Shown here: positions 1 through 10,180 of the stretch, piece by piece
How positions within the stretch are numbered: the first letter of the stretch is position 1
Layout: each line of letters starts with the position of its first letter
Assembly: GCA_024626585.2 (NCBI GenBank)
Contig: JANKJI020000002.1
Location: forward strand, 258,238,130 to 258,261,229
DNA: 23,100 bases
From: Ginkgo biloba
Taxonomy: Eukaryota; Plantae; Ginkgophyta
Direction: 5' to 3'
Translations under genes and position numbers: made by a program
Notes under the pieces: generated by a model
What the model was told of the DNA's origin: nothing
What the model saw: only the letters and a program-made list of their open reading frames with translations
Database searches by the model: none

Positions 1-329
1 AATAGAGTCTTCCCTAGTTCCTTTTATAGGCCTTAGGTCAGAGATGATGCTCATCCTTCGAGCCTACATCTATTGTTGTATGAAATTTCTCTCTTGGCAT
101 TTTTCCTGATCTTGTTTATCCAATTCAATATATATGGAACCCATCATGCTATAGAAATCTCTCAAATCATAAGATACACATTTTGGAAGTCCCAAAACTT
201 GGGGCCCTGTAGGAGGCACTCTGTGCCAATGATGATGCTCCATAATGCTTCAAGTACCAATCTCCATCTATGCAAAGAAAGGCATAAATAATGGATCAGG
301 GAGATAGCAATTCCTGATCCATAAGGTTG

Positions 330-1010
330 CAACAACTTGAATATGTCTAATTTGTATTGGTATACCTTAAATTATACAACTCCTACCTATGTAATGCCCA
401 GGAATCTTCAAATTCCTCAAGCCTAGCTCGAGCACCCACAAGGGAACTTTTCTTTAATTGGGACTTTTGATTACCTCTTCCCCTTTCTTCCATACAATCA
501 TAATCTAAAAGTTGGGGGTGAATAAATAAGAGGGATGCTTCTTCATAAGAAATTGTTTGGTTGTGACCACCTCATTTTAAGGTAAGCGCAATACCTAAAC
601 ATATACACCCTTACTCACCATGAATGCTTTTGGAGTATGGTTGTCAAAGAAATCCTGCACTAATATATCAAATTCCTCTTCTTTAATCCACTTCTTACAC
701 CATACTTTCCCTGTACCTAGGGCATGGGAAGCTTCTAAGAGAATTTGTTTGTTTACCACAATTTCCTTCCTTTGCACGCATATCATTCCTTTTGTATAAT
801 TTTGTGCAAATTCACTAATTTGTGTAACATAATGAGTAAAGGAATGATAGAAAAATTTGTGCATGTGGCTTTCTTTCAACAACTCCTCCAAACCCACACT
901 TTTATCAATCAATCTTCTCATATCCTTCTTTGTAAAGACCTTAAATTAATGTGGTACTATAGACAATGTTGAAGGCTATTCTTCCTCAATGGCTTTAGGT
1001 CCATATTCTA
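330..1010 (-). pseudogene. Degenerate retrotransposon-associated accessory ORF
   Basis: ORF 595-921 (..ISEFAQNY..ICVQRKEIVVNKQILLEASHALGTGKVWCKK..FF..) resembles, from memory, plant LTR-element extra ORFs of the EFA...V.E..IAEATGLP..GE.W type. Flanked by stops and frameshifts. Confidence 0.4.
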
Positions 1011-1469
1011 TCTCTAATGTAGGTGGATTTCCCTCCATTTTATTTGGCCATATTCACCCTTTTCCTTCTGTGTGATCTTCTCTCTTNNNNNNNNNNNNNN
1101 NNNNNNNNNNNNNNNNNNNNNNNNNNNNNNNNNNNNNNNNNNNNNNNNNNNNNNNNNNNNNNNNNNNNNNNNNNNNNNNNNNNNNNTAGAGAAGGGTTGA
1201 TCTACTATCAAGATTATTGATATTTTTTGTGTAAAATTATTGTAAAAATTATGAACTACGATGTCAAGTTGTTAGTCGTTTGTTATGGTTATAAAGCTAA
1301 ACATTGAAATTCTGTGTAAAAAAGGAAAATACTACTACAAATAATGACGCTTTTACCATGCCGCTTTGATGAAAATTCTTAAGTCTATCTAGCTCAGGGC
1401 AAAACCAATCTGATCATTTCTGTGTATACAGATTTTAACTCCAAACGTCCCATGTCAAACTGTTATATC

Positions 1470-1629
1470 TTCAAATGCCGCACTATAACCGAAGTACGAA
1501 TATAAAAAAAAAAAAAAAAAGAAATGTTGAACAAATATATTGTTCGAATGTTAAATATAATCATCAAATATATATATACTGTATACTTTCAAACGCTACA
1601 CTATATATTGTTCAAACGCCACACTATAA
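1470..1629 (+). repeat. Three copies of TTCAAAyGCyrCACTATA, with an A17 run and short (AT)n between them
   Basis: Copies at 1470, 1588 and 1611. Poly-A at 1504-1520. Confidence 0.75.
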
Positions 1630-1634
1630 TTCCT

Positions 1635-2218
1635 AGAAGCAGTAGAAGCAACTCCTTCAAGTTCAACGACGTTTTTCTATTCTCCTAGCATGTCCCCTTA
1701 ATTTATTCTTAAGAGCGGTAACAAAGAGGAAGACAACGTTCGGTCTGATCTTGATTAGAACACCATAAGACCTGGAAAAAAAATAGGTGCAGCACATTAG
1801 AAACAAATTAACAACAAAGGTAATCATTGGAGACCTCGAAGCATGGTTGAGTTCGGGAATCACTACAATGACCCCACTTCTTTTTGTGAAGATCATTCGG
1901 GTATGGTTCTGCCATGTACATATATTGTCTCCTCTAAAGCGATTCTCCACGCTCTGCCATTACAACGCCTCTAAACACATGCATACACATGAAGCATGAA
2001 TAATAAAGTGTGAATCTACACCCTTACTTTGAAAGTCTTGTCCCACATTAATTTGAACTCACAAAAAAGTTAATCTTAGAAAGATTAAATCATAAAAGCC
2101 ATCAAACGTAGAAATGTTAGACAGAGCTTTGAACAAAACAAACAAACGATACAAATGTAAACATTAGAACCCAAAAAAATGGGGGCTGAGGGCCGAAACT
2201 TGACTGGATGAAGGAGTT
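1635..2218 (-). mobile_element. Truncated 5' internal (leader) region of the Gypsy/Tat-like element
   Basis: Directly downstream of the PBS on the minus strand, with no intact gag ORF. Left boundary approximate. Confidence 0.4.
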
Positions 2219-2236
2219 GTCCCACCGGGTGTGCCA
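2219..2236 (-). promoter_or_regulatory. Retrotransposon primer-binding site (TGGCACACCCGGTGGGAC), tRNA-Arg-type
   Basis: Plus strand gtcccaccgggtgtgCCA resembles a tRNA 3' end including CCA and lies 4 nt from the LTR end. A TGGCACGCCC.GTGGGAC PBS is typical of plant Tat-lineage Gypsy elements (recalled). Confidence 0.7.
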
Positions 2237-2240
2237 AAGA

Positions 2241-3124
2241 TGTATGCAGGTAAATTAGACACTTGCCTCTGTTCTAAAAACACCCATATACCTCCGATTT
2301 GAGTAGTAAAAGAGAAATCATCTCCAGTTGATTTGTGAATTGCTCTCATGGATTCAGTGCCAAGAGATGCATCAACCAATTATGGATAGTCGATGGATTG
2401 GTAGCTAGATTTGTTAATGGATGAAGATTGTCGATGGCGAGTCCTGATACCCCCTGGTAGATTGAACAATGAATCACAAAATTCGAATGGTTCCTCCAGA
2501 GAACGAGTTGGCTTCCCCAAGCGAATCGTTTTCTCTTCCCCAAAGGCCGTTGCCTTTTCTTTTGTCTTCTTTTGATTTTGATTCGTTTCTATTTTTTTTG
2601 GATTCACTTTAGATTAATTTTAGATTAAGTTAAATTAACTTTAGACTAGGCTTAACTTTAGACTAATTTTAGATTAGGCTTTAGGCTTTAGATTTTTATT
2701 TTATTTTNNNNNNNNNNNNNNNNNNNNNNNNNNNNNNNNNNNNNNNNNNNNNNNNNNNNNNNNNNNNNNNNNNNNNNNNNNNNNNNNNNNNNNNNNNNNN
2801 NNNNNNNAGCGTAGAAATGAGAAATAATGCAAGGGCATCAATCAATTTTACAAAAAATAAAGTCCTGGCAACGAAAATTTTGCGTATTGACAAAGAAGTG
2901 TTCGACGAACGACTAAACCGTTCAACAAACAACCTAAGGAAATTCGACGAATGGTTGAACCATTTAGCGAATTAGCTATAAAAATTTTGGCAAACGGCTT
3001 GAGAAAACAAACGAGTTGATCAGGAGATCAACATGTTGGCAAACAGCGTAAGGCAATCAACAAAGGGGATTCTATAACACGATAAACGATGAGCAATGCA
3101 GCGAGCAACGTATGAGACTCTACA
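2241..3124 (-). mobile_element. LTR of a Ty3/Gypsy (Tat/Ogre-like) retrotransposon, 5' LTR, interrupted by a 100-N gap
   Basis: TGTA...TACA termini (tgtatgc at 2241, gactctaca ending 3124). A PBS lies 4 nt from the 2241 end. Internal short degenerate repeats. Continuity across the gap is unproven. Confidence 0.6.
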
Positions 3125-3347
3125 AATGGTTTTGAATTTTCCAAGAGTTCTATATTGTGTATCATCTTTCCGCCATTGAAACAATATTCCTTATTGTACA
3201 TTGCATTAAGAAACGAGGAGTTACTTACACCCACAATGGAAGTACAGCTATAATCAAGTGATTGAAGGAATTATTTTTAATCTAGAATACTAAATTCCTA
3301 TGAATTCACCTCATAGAAATACTAAGTGTCAAAAGATTCCCTAAGTA

Positions 3348-4000
3348 TGTTAGACCCAACTAGAAGGCTAAATAAAGAAGAAATAGAAATCAACAAGGGA
3401 GGTGGGATCAAACTTAAGTCTAACTTAGGAAAGCCTTAGCTATAAATTATGTAACTACATTATACATAAGAGTTCAAGAAAAACTACATGTTAGGACTTA
3501 ACTTGATCCTAATACAACATCATAGGTAATATCAATTTTAGCATAGAAAAAATAAAACTTAGTGGGACATGCCTAGGATTAAGAAGTAAGCAATTTAAAA
3601 TCTCATTAATGATATGTTCTTAAGAAATAATTGATTTGATGGTTTAGATTAGAGTATAAAAAAAAAGAGTCTACAAAGTTAAGACTCAATGTTAAGTATA
3701 AACTTGAACTGAAAAAATCTATTAGGGTAAATTCTAAGCTTAATGATGAAAGTTTGCAAACTAAAACAAGAGATTGACTTTAATCAATTTATCCATTTCC
3801 AGGATGTATTGATTACTTGTAATCTTGTATATTTTAGAATCCTCATTTAATAGAGATCCATGATCATACAAAAAATCAACAAACACTCATTCCAATAAGA
3901 TGCACAAGTTGAAGTTTGTAAAACTATAAAAGTATAATCTTCAATGTGGAAATGAAAAGTGACCCCACTAATAATTATCACACCAAACTTGAGTCCAACA
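3348..4000. mobile_element. Possible solo LTR
   Basis: Imperfect inverted termini TGTTAGAC...GTCCAACA, near-identical flanks taagta/ttagta, AT-rich interior with TATA-like ctataaat. Confidence 0.4.
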
Positions 4001-5001
4001 TTAGTAGAGCATCCAACTTATTTGAACACCTTAGCAACATGCCACCTCAGCATGATGACATGAGATATAGCGTCATGTCAACAAGCTAAGAGACAAAAAG
4101 TGAGAATCAAATAGTTGAGTGAATGATTCTTGGGAGTTCCATATAAGCTAACTGCACTATCAGTAGCAGAAGAAAGCTTATATTACAAAAGCTAATCAAA
4201 AACTCTTTCACTACTGTTTGACAGTTCACTTCTTACAATTAGGGAAGAATCCGTTGGAACTCAAATCAACTTAAGGTTGAACTTTGTGTCATTCACTCTA
4301 TTCTTCAATCTTTTTATGAATGTTATAAGTCGACCCTCCTATGGAGGCAGAAATTCTATGCACTCTTAATAAGATAATTGTTTTGTAGGCTCTAAAGTTT
4401 GTGATTCCATGGACACAAATTCCACCTCAAAGCTTGATGTAAAAGCTCTGCAGAGTGCTCTATTTTATTTTAATAAAATCATTCTTTTCCTTATGACCGT
4501 AGCTTATGCATGTGAATTGTAATTGCTGTAATTGGCTTCCACTGTACATGTAGTAAGCTCCAGATCATTGACTCTTTAATATGCTCTAGTTGTATAATTC
4601 ACTTTTAATATACCCAAAAGAGAATTTTGAAGTCTCACCTGTGCTCTTATTCTTTACCATACTTATCAGAAACATTTTTCCTTATCTAAATAAGGAAAAG
4701 GAAAGAAAAGTAGAGAAAGGAACGAGTAGGCATTCATTGAAACATAACAAATATGACACAACAATTAGAAAAAATACCCATTCTCATCCATAGAGAAAAA
4801 AATTTAAAATTTTACTTAATGAAATCAGATTTGATTAAGAATTTTGTACAGTACTGACAAGCAGTGTGAGCTCAACTTGATGCTTCACAATTTGAAAGTC
4901 GATCCTGATTTTAATCATTTTGCCTAAAAGCAAGGACTCTCCTCCAATATGGATTAGTGACAGCAGACTGCAACTGCTGAAAAGCATTCCTTTTGCTGAA
5001 T

Positions 5002-5057
5002 TCATTTCCCACATTCTTCTAAAAACATNNNNNNNNNNNCTTCTGTATCACCTGAAC
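5002..5057 (-). CDS. At4g18490-like protein last coding exon (VQVIQK-gap-probably MFLEECGK*)
   Basis: Follows the AC acceptor. An 11-N gap (5029-5039) hides the frame: stop is TGA at 5004-5002 if the true gap length is a multiple of 3, or TAG ending at 5019 if it is 11 nt. Confidence 0.65.
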
Positions 5058-5150
5058 GTGTTGTGTGTTAAAGAACAATAGCAAATCATAATACTCGTAA
5101 ACATATGCAGGACTGCAGTGTGAAGGCAAAAAAATAATTTGGAAGGATAT
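5058..5150 (-). other. U12-type (minor spliceosome) AT-AC intron, 93 nt
   Basis: 5' site ATATCCTT at 5150-5143, branch site TTCTTTAAC at 5075-5067, terminal AC at 5059-5058. Splicing gives in-frame HEEK|VQVIQK. Confidence 0.88.
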
Positions 5151-5261
5151 TTTTTCTTCATGCAGAGGATGATTTAACATCAGTAACAAGTTGTTGTTGA
5201 CAATTGCACGCACAAGGAGGTCCTTGGCCTCTTCATGTTTCTTCTTCAGCATCTTGCACAT
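5151..5261 (-). CDS. At4g18490-like protein conserved C-terminal exon ([37 protein letters not shown])
   Basis: Acceptor ttctcttaccAG|ATG, exactly 37 codons, ending at a U12 donor ATATCCTT. Strong match to the recalled family motif [36 protein letters not shown]. Confidence 0.9.
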
Positions 5262-5670
5262 CTGGTAAGAGAACAACATACATAAGTTGAACAATAACCA
5301 TGAAAAGGTTGTTACAAAGGTACAGTGGGGAATGCAGTCACATAACAATTATGTTTTACTGTTTCTGATCCTTCAAAAGGATCCAGATGTGACCCTTACA
5401 GATGTCACAACAGACCATTCCCAGGTTCATAGATCCAAATCGTCAAGAGCAGAGGAAAGACGCTTCTGGCATGAAAATAGCAGCCACAAAAGCTAACAGA
5501 GGGAGGTTGGATTACAGAATTAGCTGTCGACATCTGTTGGAACACTAAACAGAGAGAGTTCCTTAATACACTATGAAATATTCTGTGAAGCAGTTTGTGC
5601 TTGCCAATAGCTTCTGAAGAGAGTGAATTCACAGATCACTAACTCCACCAGTCTCTCGTAACCATGTGAA

Positions 5671-6075
5671 ATAAACATTGAAGCTTCATAAGCCGAGCAA
5701 TGAGACAAGCTGATGTAAGAAAACAAAAGCTGTGGTCCAAGAGTGAAAATTCTATTCGATATGTAACTTGCTCATGTGATCAAGAATAAAGTAGTGTGTA
5801 TGAATGTCTCAGGCCAACATTATCATGCTAGGCCATGCCTTGCCAATAGCTCTTCAACAGAATGACCTATATATTTTGTTTCACTGGAAATATATATTAT
5901 TAACGCTGCCAAATTCATATAGCCATATCCTATAAACATAGAAGTTCTATGATCCAAGCAATGAGACAGACTGATGGAAGAAAACATAAGCTGTTGTCCA
6001 AGAGTACAAATGCATCAGTATTTACAAATGTCATGATCAGAGATTATCCTGCCAGGCCAACAGTATCACAAGCTG
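5671..6075. repeat. Old direct duplication (copies about 5671-5835 and 5932-6075) within an intron
   Basis: ataaacat.gaag...agcaatgagaca..ctgatg.aagaaaaca.aagctgt.gtccaagagt at offset 261, and caggccaaca at 5810 and 6053. Confidence 0.8.
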
Positions 6076-6213
6076 ATCCATACCATGACATTTAAGGAAT
6101 TCAACCTATCAACTACTTCTAGGTTCTAATTTACCGTTTGGCTTTCTGTGCAATTGCAAGATGTCCCATAAACTAATTTGCAAACGAAAATATTCTTCGT
6201 TTTAACTATAAAC

Positions 6214-6303
6214 CTGTTCCATCTCTGTAATGAGCTGACTCTGGTTCTAGAGATCGAGCTCCATTGCAATGGTTAGCATCTGTCATTGAACAAGGTAGTA
6301 AAC
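6214..6303 (-). CDS. Candidate internal exon of the At4g18490-like gene (xLLPCSMTDANHCNGARSLEPESAHYRDGT)
   Basis: Acceptor ttccttttaacatctAG|gt, donor acag|GTTTAT. 90 nt with only one open frame (phase 1 to 1). No recognised homology. Confidence 0.3.
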
Positions 6304-7043
6304 CTAGATGTTAAAAGGAATGTTAAGAGAAAAGATGTTACTATTGTATGGAGGCACCTGAGCTAAGTCCAGATCAGAATAAAATAAGTCTGAAGTAGGA
6401 GCATTCCATCCCTTGTTATCAAACTATTCTTAGAAGCTGAACATGCAATTCCCACGGCCATGCCTCCAAGCTGTCAGTCTATCTTCGCAACAGGAATCTA
6501 CCATGAAATCTTGGTCATACTCAAATCAAGTTAAGAGTGTGTAGAATATGAAGACAATTTTTTCTCTAGATCTTAGAATAACTATATGCTCTGGGATGAT
6601 TTGCCCTGTCCACAATGGATCCACAAGTCAATGACATGGCATNNNNNNNNNNNNNNNNNNNNNNNNNNNNNNNNNNNNNNNNNNNNNNNNNNNNNNNNNN
6701 NNNNNNNNNNNNNNNNNNNNNNNNNNNNNNNNNNNNNNNNNNTCATCTGAAGAATAGCTACAATCGACGAACAATCCCAAGTGATAACACTAGCTAAAGA
6801 TTCTACTTTGCAAGGTACTTGAAAGGAAGTCGTTAGGCCTAAATCTGCTGAAAATAAATGTTTTCATCCATAGGACTGTTTGTGATTGTTCACTAGAACG
6901 TTTCTGTTTACTGATTATGATATCACAGTAAAGAAGACATCTTTAGGAATGAGGACAACCTCTTGAAGCAGAATGACAGGCCAACCGCTCTTACCAATAG
7001 CTATGCATATGAGGATCTAAAGTACTATCAACACTGCTAGCGA

Positions 7044-7853
7044 CGTAAGATATTCTTAACAATCATGTATTGCATACACAGATATCACGGAGAAGTATAT
7101 ATAAGAGAACTTGTATTTATAAATTGGATTACATACAAAATTGATAATGTCCGGCCTTGCGGCCTTATAAGAGACCAACGTACTAAGGATGAGTCCATTC
7201 ATTGATTTAGTTATTAACTTAACTATACAATAGTTACAAAGTAGCCTTTGGTTGTTTGATCTTTTAGCCTTATGACTATTCATGTAATTTTTGCTGCGAC
7301 CAATTGTTGATTATCTAAGACGACCATCCTTGTCTTTTGAGATGACCAACCCTTGATTTCTGAGATTACCAATCCTTGATTGGGTTGTGACCACTAGCAA
7401 TTGAGATCACTACGACTACTGTTGTGACCAATATTTATGGCATCAAAACTCTGGCAAATATCTTGTTGGCCACTAGTCTTGAACGTCTAATTCAATGCTA
7501 AATTTTCAAAAATTGGCCTGGTTGTCCCCTTGATAATTTTACTCCTTTTCCTTCCATTTCGATGGTTTCTCGAGATATGGAATCACAATATTGTGCTCTT
7601 TTAATAACACTACTAAATCTTGTTTGGTTGATGCCAATTGTTGCTCTGTGACCTATAAGTCCTCCAACAACTCCAACTTTTCTTTGGTTTCTTGAAGCTT
7701 TTTTTGGTCATCGATAGCTATATTGGTGGCTTCGGCTGCTTGCAACTTGGCTTCTAAAAGGTTTTTCCGCTCCTAATCACATTTCAAAATCAATGCTCCT
7801 AACTTCAAAATAATTTGTTCCAATTCTGGGGGAATTTTGTTTTGGAAGCTTGC
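7044..7853 (-). mobile_element. LTR-like segment (about 7044-7445) plus adjacent degenerate coiled-coil-like ORF (7450-7853)
   Basis: Minus-strand start TGATGCC at 7445. Three ~22-bp GAGAyGACCAxCCTTG-like repeats at about 7317-7385. The adjoining minus-strand frame is E/K/Q/L-rich with several in-frame stops. No TSD found. Confidence 0.4.
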
Positions 7854-9508
7854 NNNNNNNNNNNNNNNNNNNNNNNNNNNNNNNNNNNNNNNNNNNNNNN
7901 NNNNNNNNNNNNNNNNNNNNNNNNNNNNNNNNNNNNNNNNNNNNNNNNNNNNNTTATTTAAAGGAATTATCAATTAATGTCAACTTCCCTAAGGGAATTA
8001 CGAGAATTGTGTTCATTTAAATGTAACATTGAGTATGTACTTCATGTCATGGAAAAATAATCAAACGTTCATTCTTCTTCTTCACAATGTTTTTCCAACA
8101 TTTATTATTGTTTATGTGTGCAATTATGAACAATTAATACTGTGTATTCTTTCATACAATTTTTCCTATCTATGCTAATAAATCCTAGTGTAAGTCTTAA
8201 GGCAGTGGAAATCATACCTAGAGACCTACTGGGGGAGTAGAGCCTTTGGCTTAAGGTGCCTCTGTTTGAAGCTTATTTGGCCTCTCTGTGCACCACTCTA
8301 AGGGCTATTGGTAGTAGGGTAGATAAATACTCCAATAGTGTCTCTTATTTACTGGTCTACTATTATTGGTGTAATTGCAAGGTTCATAGCTATTGGTTTA
8401 GTTATGGACAAAAAAGTCTATTATTGCATCCACAACCATGGTCTAGGATAATGGATGTCATGGTAATCAAAACCTATAGGATTTATCATACGGTCTATTG
8501 GTGTAGACCCTCGAATTTATCCCATAAACCATATTCTCAGTAAGGGATGGATACCATATAGTTGTCCAGGGGAATTATCCTAATTCCAAATAGAGGTTGA
8601 AGATAGACCTACACCTGGAATCCTCATCCAGTGAAAGGTAAAGGGGTGGAGACTAGCAGGACACTAATAGATTCTAGGCATTGATGGTTGCACTTANNNN
8701 NNNNNNTGCGTCGAAGGTTTAGTGGGCCACATAGAGAATCCCCTTAGGTAGTCCCCCATGGCCAACAATAGGTAGTTATGGTTCCTACCATAGTACTAAC
8801 AATCCCCCTTACCATTAACCTACCCATTAATGCATTGTAACTGTAAGGATTGTAAATTAACATATTTTAATTTTTACAATGAATGAATGTGAGTTATCTA
8901 TGGATGCATCATTACTTATAAGTTTTTCTTTGTAGATCTAACTATATTGTTTTGCAAGTTAAGTTAGGGTAGCCTATTACAATGCTATAATGACGATATA
9001 ATATGCAAGACACCTTGGTTTAGTACATAGACTCTAGATGCCATAGATTTCGATTACCAAGTGATCCTACTCTTGTTTCTTGTAACTCATTTGGAGTGCT
9101 AGTGGGCCCTTATGACTTTCTCCTTTTATATCTTTGACTCCCTTCTCTCTTTGGTTTAGTTTGATTTTCCCTCAGCTAGTCACCCTCTATCTAGCCCAGT
9201 CTGTAATAGTTATAATCCATTATGTACTTTGCCAATGGATCTGAGACAACACGTAATGCTATTAAAAACCCTAAAGTTAGATTCATTAATAAATATCAGA
9301 AGCTTCACAAGGGTTCATTACTAATGAGTCTACTTTTCAATNNNNNNNNNNNNNNNNNNNNNNNNNNNNNNNNNNNNNNNNNNNNNNNNNNNNNNNNNNN
9401 NNNNNNNNNNNNNNNNNNNNNNNNNNNNNNNNNNNNNNNNNNNNNNNNNNNNNNNNNNNNNNNNNNNNNNNNNNNNNNNNNNNNNNNNNNNNNNNNNNNN
9501 NNNNNNNN

Positions 9509-10180
9509 ATATTTGCATGAGGAGACCTCCTTTATGTCCTCCCCTGGGAAAGTGAGTCGCACCTGAGAGGCCTCTTTCTTTGGAATATTGAAGGCCATAA
9601 CCTTAGTTTTTTTAAGCTTGACTGTCAATTTGCAATCATCACAAAATGAGTTAAGTGTATCGAGTTGTCTCTGTAGCCCCTCAATTGTGTGAGATAATAG
9701 AATCACATCATTTGCAAAAGAGAAGAACGTAGATCAACATATNNNNNNNNNNNNNNNNNNNNNTCCCAAAGCATCTTGCAAGTATGTCTCCAACTCATCA
9801 ATATATAATCCAAATAGAGTAGGTGACAAGGGACACCCCCTTTTCACCCCAATGGTATTGTATATTGTCTCTGTGAACTTGTTTAGAGTGTAGACCTGCT
9901 CTGTGATAGTCTCATATAAGGTCATGATTGCCACCATAACAATCTTTGGCACACCAAGATATTGTAATCTCTCAAAGCGCAAGTGTCCAGGTACTGTACC
10001 AAAGGCCTTTTGGAAGTCAATAAAGAAAGAAAAGACGGATGTCTTGTTGGCTTATACTTCCTAAATGATGGCCAGCAATGTCAAAATGTAATCTCTAGTA
10101 CAAAAGTCGTAGTGAAAACTTGCCTTCCCCCTAGCTCGAAGTCTCCGATCCTCGACAAATCGAGAAATGTATCCTAGAGA
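9509..10180 (-). mobile_element. Non-LTR retrotransposon (LINE, RTE-like) reverse transcriptase relic
   Basis: Minus-strand translation RARGKASF..CTRDYILTL..I*EV*..FFIDFQKAFGTVP...GVKRGCPLSPTLFGLYIDEL...FANDVILLS..EGLQRQLDTL..C....L.V..KKTKVM...KY follows the LINE RT motif order (QAGF, DFxKAFD, GVxQGCPLSP, FADD, KTK). Has in-frame stops and mutated catalytic residues. Confidence 0.93.

Noticed and set aside
2219-2236. tRNA gene
   Set aside because: Only 18 nt resembling a tRNA 3' end with encoded CCA and no cloverleaf. Its position beside an LTR end identifies it as a PBS.
2605-2700. Telomere-like TTAGG/TTAGA repeats
   Set aside because: Degenerate AT-rich LTR-internal repeats, not a TTTAGGG array.
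4003-4082. Tourist/Harbinger TIR-like tagagcatccaac and hairpin tgacatga...tcatgtca (also taaagcatctccaat near 19145)
   Set aside because: No partner TIR or TSD found, and an 8-bp stem is within chance expectation.
5430-6175. Joining FMGHLAIAQKAKR (about 6135-6172) to LSSALDD (about 5438-5458) as the missing conserved exon
   Set aside because: The similarity to the remembered motif is weak, and the join lacks an AG acceptor at the needed position and a donor after DD. It is probably chance.
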